Below are positions 34,738-39,165 of a stretch of 39,165 nt of DNA, in pieces; the first letter of the stretch is position 1, and each line of letters opens with the position of its first letter. The position numbers were made by a program, and so were the translations under genes. Location of the stretch: NCBI GenBank assembly GCA_964567445.1, contig CAZMMR010000001.1:3656-42820 (forward strand). Reading direction: 5' to 3'. The stretch comes from an uncultured Pseudomonadales bacterium (lineage in GTDB: Bacteria > Patescibacteriota > Microgenomatia > UBA1400 > PJMF01). The notes under the pieces are model-generated. The model was not told the DNA's origin. It saw nothing but the letters and a program-made list of their open reading frames with translations, and made no database searches.

Positions 34738-36498
34738 TTGTCTGTTGGTCGCTCTGATAACATAGTCTCGGATCTAAAAGAAGCTTTAGCTAGATTAAAC
34801 CAAGAAGAAGATGATGGTAAAAAACTACCCCCCAACCTGGTCTTATCTTCAGCTGTTCTAGATGAAGAGAAACTTCAAAATCACCGTCAACAGCTATTGG
34901 AGCAGAATTGGAAAGAAGAGTTGAATTTTATTCAAGCTCCTATCATTGATCTTATCGCTCATGATAAGTTATTATCGATTGTTACCAGACAAGGAGGTCA
35001 GGCAGTGGCTCAAGCTAGTGGCTTGTTGATAAACCAGGATCCCTCTTTAGAAACCCCAGAGGAACAATCTGAGGGTTTAGATTCGAAAGAGCAAGAACCC
35101 CTGTCTTCATCAGCTGCTGAAGATCCAGAAATTTCAAGTTTTGGGGTACCTGTCAAGCGAAATTTAGCTGACAGCGATAACCTTACCGCTGTCTCAGAAA
35201 AGAGAGATGATCCCAGTACTGACTCAAATAATCAGAGGCAGAATAAAACAACGCCTGTCACAAGCGAGATTAATAAGTCTGACAAATCATTATTTTCCTC
35301 TTCCAAAACGCGAGGCATTAAGCAAAGTAACAAATTAAATATCAAATTAATTGCCATAATAGCTATGATTGCAGGCTTAATAACCACAGTTGCTATTGGT
35401 TTTTTCTATCTTAAACAAAACTATATGGCTCAAATTGTTGTAATACCGTCGTTAAAAGACATTAATCAGGATGTTATTATCACTCTTGACCCAAATGCTG
35501 CTAAGACCGATGCTGCTGCCAATATTTTAAAAGCAGAAGTTGTAGCCAAGGAAGTGAGCGGCAGTAATAATCGTCAAACTACTGGTATTAAGTTGGTGGG
35601 AGAAGAAGCGACTGGTACCATCAATCTTTTCAATAAAACAAATGAAGACAAAACCTTTGCTGAAGGTATAATTATTACTAGTGGCGAGCTTGTTTTTTCT
35701 TTAGATGAAGAGGTAATTGTTCCGGCGGCAACTGTAGAAGAGAATGAAACGGGTGATGGAGAGGTGAAAGAGTATGGTCAGCTTGAAACAACCGCAACTG
35801 CAGAGGAAATTGGTGCTGATAGTAATATTAGTCAGGACACTGAGTTGCAAGTGGAGGATTTTAGTGAAGACACTTATTCAGCCAAAGCAGTTTCTGATTT
35901 TAGTGGTGGTTCTAGTCGAGAAATTAGAGTTGTTTCTGAAGAAGATCGAGAAGAATTGCTGGTTTCTTTAAGGCAGAGTTTGCTCAAGGAAGCGCATGAT
36001 GAGTTTGCTTCTGAATCCAACAATGGAGTTTATTTCAACCCAACCGACAACTATCAAATTGTGAGTCAGCAGTTTTCTCATGAAGTTGGTGATGAGGTGG
36101 AGCAACTTAGTCTAGATTTAACTCTCAGCGCTGAGGCTATCAGTTATACCAGTGGTGACCTCAAGTTGTTGGCGCAGGAAGTGTTACAAGGTCAAGTACC
36201 TGAGGGCTATCAGTTGCTGGATCAGGCTCCCGAAATTATGTCGCAGCCAGTGGAAGAGGAACAAGCAGGAGAGCAGATGCAACTGGAAGCTAATCTGTCC
36301 GGACAGATGCAAGCAGTAGTTGATGAAGACCAAGTAAAAAAAGACGTTTCTGGTTTGCTTATTACTCAAGCTCAAACTAATCTTAAGGCTAACGAAAAAA
36401 TTAATCAGACTACAGTTGAATTAAAACCCAGCATTAGTCGCTTAATATTTAAAAAACTTCCGAATGACTCTACTCGGTTAGTGGTAACTACTAATTAA
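34738..36498 (+). CDS. continuation: cytoplasmic region, low-complexity linker, TM helix and large extracytoplasmic domain
   Basis: It is in the same frame as 34267-34728. It begins (TTG) with SVGRSDNIVSDLKEALARL, which continues the fold pattern. The TM helix is LIAIIAMIAGLITTVAIGFFYL. Confidence 0.65.
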   Translation: MSVGRSDNIVSDLKEALARLNQEEDDGKKLPPNLVLSSAVLDEEKLQNHRQQLLEQNWKEELNFIQAPIIDLIAHDKLLSIVTRQGGQAVAQASGLLINQDPSLETPEEQSEGLDSKEQEPLSSSAAEDPEISSFGVPVKRNLADSDNLTAVSEKRDDPSTDSNNQRQNKTTPVTSEINKSDKSLFSSSKTRGIKQSNKLNIKLIAIIAMIAGLITTVAIGFFYLKQNYMAQIVVIPSLKDINQDVIITLDPNAAKTDAAANILKAEVVAKEVSGSNNRQTTGIKLVGEEATGTINLFNKTNEDKTFAEGIIITSGELVFSLDEEVIVPAATVEENETGDGEVKEYGQLETTATAEEIGADSNISQDTELQVEDFSEDTYSAKAVSDFSGGSSREIRVVSEEDREELLVSLRQSLLKEAHDEFASESNNGVYFNPTDNYQIVSQQFSHEVGDEVEQLSLDLTLSAEAISYTSGDLKLLAQEVLQGQVPEGYQLLDQAPEIMSQPVEEEQAGEQMQLEANLSGQMQAVVDEDQVKKDVSGLLITQAQTNLKANEKINQTTVELKPSISRLIFKKLPNDSTRLVVTTN

Positions 36499-36500
36499 CT

Positions 36501-37472
36501 ATGAGTCAGCTTCATAACATCGACATCAATCAGCAACAGCTTATTAAGCTTTATCGGCGTGCTTTGATTGAACAGGGTACTTTTGAGGATTTAGAAGAGC
36601 AGGTTCACAAGAAAGTGACAAGAATGGTGGTGGCTAGCCACAAGGAAGCTGAGCATGACCAGGATAAGGCGCAATCTATGGCTCATCGCTTGCCAAGATT
36701 GGTTAGGGTTGGAGCTAATTTTTTACCCGTGACACTAATCGTGGTTGGCATGTTGTTATTGGGTAGCGCCGTTATGCCGGTAGTTAGTTTTTATGCCAAG
36801 AACATTACCCAAGTGACAGATCGAGATTTAATTGCTCCTATTCCAGAAGAGAATGTGCTTGTTGCTACTCCTCTGGTTGTTGCTCAAGCATCTGATGGTG
36901 ATTCCTTAGGTAAAGATTTAAGGAAGTTTCACACCGGCCCGGTTATTGTTGATGCTGAGTTAGATTACACCAATCTTTCTAATTGGTTTGATGGAGAAGA
37001 CCCTAGCGATTTACAACAGCGCACTAGCGCTCTTTCACAACATATTGGTCAGTATTTAATTGACATTCCGAAACTTAACATTGATGATGCTCTAGTTAAG
37101 ATTGGGGGTACTAGTTTGGAGGAAAGTTTAATCCAGTACCCAGGGACTTCATTACCTGGTAAGCCGGGCGCACCAGTTGTCTTTGGTCACTCTTTATTAA
37201 GGCAATTTTATAATCCCAAAAAGTCAAATCCTAGACGTTATAATTCAATTTTTAGTACCATTATGACCTTAGAGAAGGGTGATAAAATTTATTTAGAATA
37301 CAATCAAGTCCGTTATACTTATATGGTCCAGGATAAAAAAGAAGTCAAACCGTCTGATACCTTCATTTTATCCCAAGATTACAGTGGTCGTCATTTAAAA
37401 TTGGTGACTTGTGTTCCAGAAGGAACATATTTAAGAAGAGGGGTGGTCAGCGCCCAGTTAATAAAGGAATAA
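36501..37472 (+). CDS. sortase-family transpeptidase with N-terminal cytoplasmic extension and TM anchor
   Basis: The conserved His is in PVVFGHS, the Cys in LKLVTCVP, and a downstream Arg in YLRRGVV. The TM helix is FLPVTLIVVGMLLLGSAVMPVV. Confidence 0.75.
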   Translation: MSQLHNIDINQQQLIKLYRRALIEQGTFEDLEEQVHKKVTRMVVASHKEAEHDQDKAQSMAHRLPRLVRVGANFLPVTLIVVGMLLLGSAVMPVVSFYAKNITQVTDRDLIAPIPEENVLVATPLVVAQASDGDSLGKDLRKFHTGPVIVDAELDYTNLSNWFDGEDPSDLQQRTSALSQHIGQYLIDIPKLNIDDALVKIGGTSLEESLIQYPGTSLPGKPGAPVVFGHSLLRQFYNPKKSNPRRYNSIFSTIMTLEKGDKIYLEYNQVRYTYMVQDKKEVKPSDTFILSQDYSGRHLKLVTCVPEGTYLRRGVVSAQLIKE

Positions 37473-37476
37473 AGTA

Positions 37477-37890
37477 ATGAATAGTAGTAATCGGCAATCA
37501 TTTAAACAGGAATTTCCTAATGTTTTAGCAATTGATTTTGGAACGGAAAGGATTGGTTTGGCTGTAACTCGCGGATCTTTGGCTGTACCGCTCAAAATCA
37601 TTAGCGGTAGCAACCAACAACAAGCCATTACTGAGATTAAAAGCGTCTGCAAGCAAGAAAATGTTAGGCGGGTAGTAGTTGGTTTATCGGAAGAAGATAT
37701 GGCTCGTCAAACTCAAGAGTTTGTTAATTACTTAAATCAAGATCTTGATATACCAGTTTTTTATGCTGACGAAACCTTAACTTCTCAGCAGGCTCGAGCT
37801 AAACTCCAGCAAGCGCATAAAAAAGCCAAGCATGTTGATCATTACGCAGCTGCCCTTATCCTTCAACGTTGGCTTGAATTAAATTCATAA
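37477..37890 (+). CDS. ruvX: Holliday-junction resolvase-like RuvX/YqgF
   Basis: It has VLAIDFGTERIGLAV, VVVGLSE and AAALILQRWL. Confidence 0.85.
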   Translation: MNSSNRQSFKQEFPNVLAIDFGTERIGLAVTRGSLAVPLKIISGSNQQQAITEIKSVCKQENVRRVVVGLSEEDMARQTQEFVNYLNQDLDIPVFYADETLTSQQARAKLQQAHKKAKHVDHYAAALILQRWLELNS

Positions 37891-38037
37891 ATGTTTCCTA
37901 ATTAACTTTTCAGATGGAACTAACTAAGGTAGCGTGTTACACTTATTATTTACGGAACATGTGACTTATATAGATGAATTATTCAGATATGAAGGTATGT
38001 TTTATAATTAAACTTAATTTTAATAAAAATAAATTTT

Positions 38038-39060
38038 ATGCCAGAAAAACGAGAAAACAAAAATGAAACCAGTAGTCAAATAAGTAAACAAAGTTGCCAC
38101 CATTGGTGGTTGCTGCCTGTATTATTAATAGCAATAATTTTAACTGGCCTGGCTTGGTCTATGAGCTTACTACAACCAGTTGATCCTGATAATCAAGAGA
38201 TAGTTCGTTTTGTGGTGCCCAAAGGAGCGAGCATTAGACAAATAGGACAAACGTTAGAAGAAAAAAACTTAATAAAAAGCAGTTTAGCATTTAAACTATA
38301 CTTAAGACTTAACCCAGATGAAAATCAGGTTCAGGCTGGTAGTTTTGAGCTTTCACCGTCGATGACTATTGCCACTATCATTCAGACATTAAATGAAGGA
38401 ACTGATGATATTTGGGTCACGATTCCAGAAGGTTTGCGCCGCGAAGAAATTGCTAATAGTTTTACTCAGTACCAGTTAGATTTGTATCAAAAAGAAGAGT
38501 TCCTGTCACAGACAGTGGGTATGGAAGGCCAACTTTTTCCTGATACCTATTTAGTGCCCAAAGAATCTGAGGCTCAAACCTTAGTATCCTTAATGCAGAA
38601 TACCTTTGAGCAAAAGATTGAACCATTAAGAGAAGAAATCGACAGCTCAACTCATACTTTTAATGAATTATTGGTGATGGCTTCTTTACTCGAAAGAGAA
38701 GCGCGAAGTTTGCAGCAAATGAAGTTAGTATCCGGAGTCTTATGGAAGAGGTTGGAGCTAGGTATGCCGCTACAAGTGGACGCCACCTTGCAATATGCCA
38801 AAGGCTATAATGAACAGCTTGATACTTGGTGGGGGCAACCTCTTGCCGCTGATAAAGAGATTGAATCGCGTTTTAATACTTATCGCAATCCTGGATTACC
38901 GCCTCATCCTATTTGTAATCCTGGTCTCGATGCTATTACAGCTACTTTGCGGCCAATTGCTACTGACAATCTTTATTACATTCATGACAGACAGGGAGAG
39001 ATTCATTTTGCCCAGACTTTAGAACAACATAATCGCAATGTTCAACAGTATTTGCGGTAA
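38038..39060 (+). CDS. mltG: endolytic murein transglycosylase MltG (YceG-like)
   Basis: It has an N-terminal TM helix, LLVMASLLEREA (catalytic Glu region) and FNTYRNPGLPPHPICNPG. Confidence 0.88.
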   Translation: MPEKRENKNETSSQISKQSCHHWWLLPVLLIAIILTGLAWSMSLLQPVDPDNQEIVRFVVPKGASIRQIGQTLEEKNLIKSSLAFKLYLRLNPDENQVQAGSFELSPSMTIATIIQTLNEGTDDIWVTIPEGLRREEIANSFTQYQLDLYQKEEFLSQTVGMEGQLFPDTYLVPKESEAQTLVSLMQNTFEQKIEPLREEIDSSTHTFNELLVMASLLEREARSLQQMKLVSGVLWKRLELGMPLQVDATLQYAKGYNEQLDTWWGQPLAADKEIESRFNTYRNPGLPPHPICNPGLDAITATLRPIATDNLYYIHDRQGEIHFAQTLEQHNRNVQQYLR

Positions 39061-39165
39061 GAGAGATTTTTTTATACCCTTTTTCTAAGCATTATTTCAT
39101 GTATAATCTAGGTAATTTGTAAATACATTTTCCCCACTTTGGTCAAAAAAATCATATTTTTGTGA

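Overview
This window is an AT-rich, very compact bacterial chromosome segment. It holds about 40 protein genes, almost all co-directional on the + strand, with short or overlapping junctions. The content is mainly housekeeping: pnp, sodA, a SufC/SufBD/SufS Fe-S module, an rpiB-rpe-sugar kinase block, RNase J, FtsK, AlaRS, RuvX, MltG, ComFC and a RodZ-like protein. There are also many small membrane and hypothetical proteins. Several proteins have trimmed architectures: AlaRS without C-Ala, a Lon AAA+ module without a protease domain, and a single SufB/D paralogue. These suggest a reduced-genome, possibly CPR/Patescibacteria-like organism, but that is inference only. The non-coding content I can support is listed here.
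- A tRNA-Val(CAC).
- A tmRNA (ssrA) hidden in the roughly 590-nt 'empty' gap at 27.85-28.44 kb.
- One intact IS30-family insertion sequence (6323-7378) with imperfect terminal inverted repeats.
- An exact 26-bp solo copy of the IS right end, 21.7 kb away.
- A GC-rich, five-hairpin element of about 150 nt and unknown class that abuts the IS.
I saw no CRISPR array, prophage, or recognisable defence or secretion island, and I did not find a convincing multi-gene novel system. The least explained items are the structured element at 6176-6322, the in-frame TGA that splits an actin-fold/transmembrane protein next to a sortase (34267-37472), and the orphan Lon-type ATPase plus large membrane protein pair (17167-20029).
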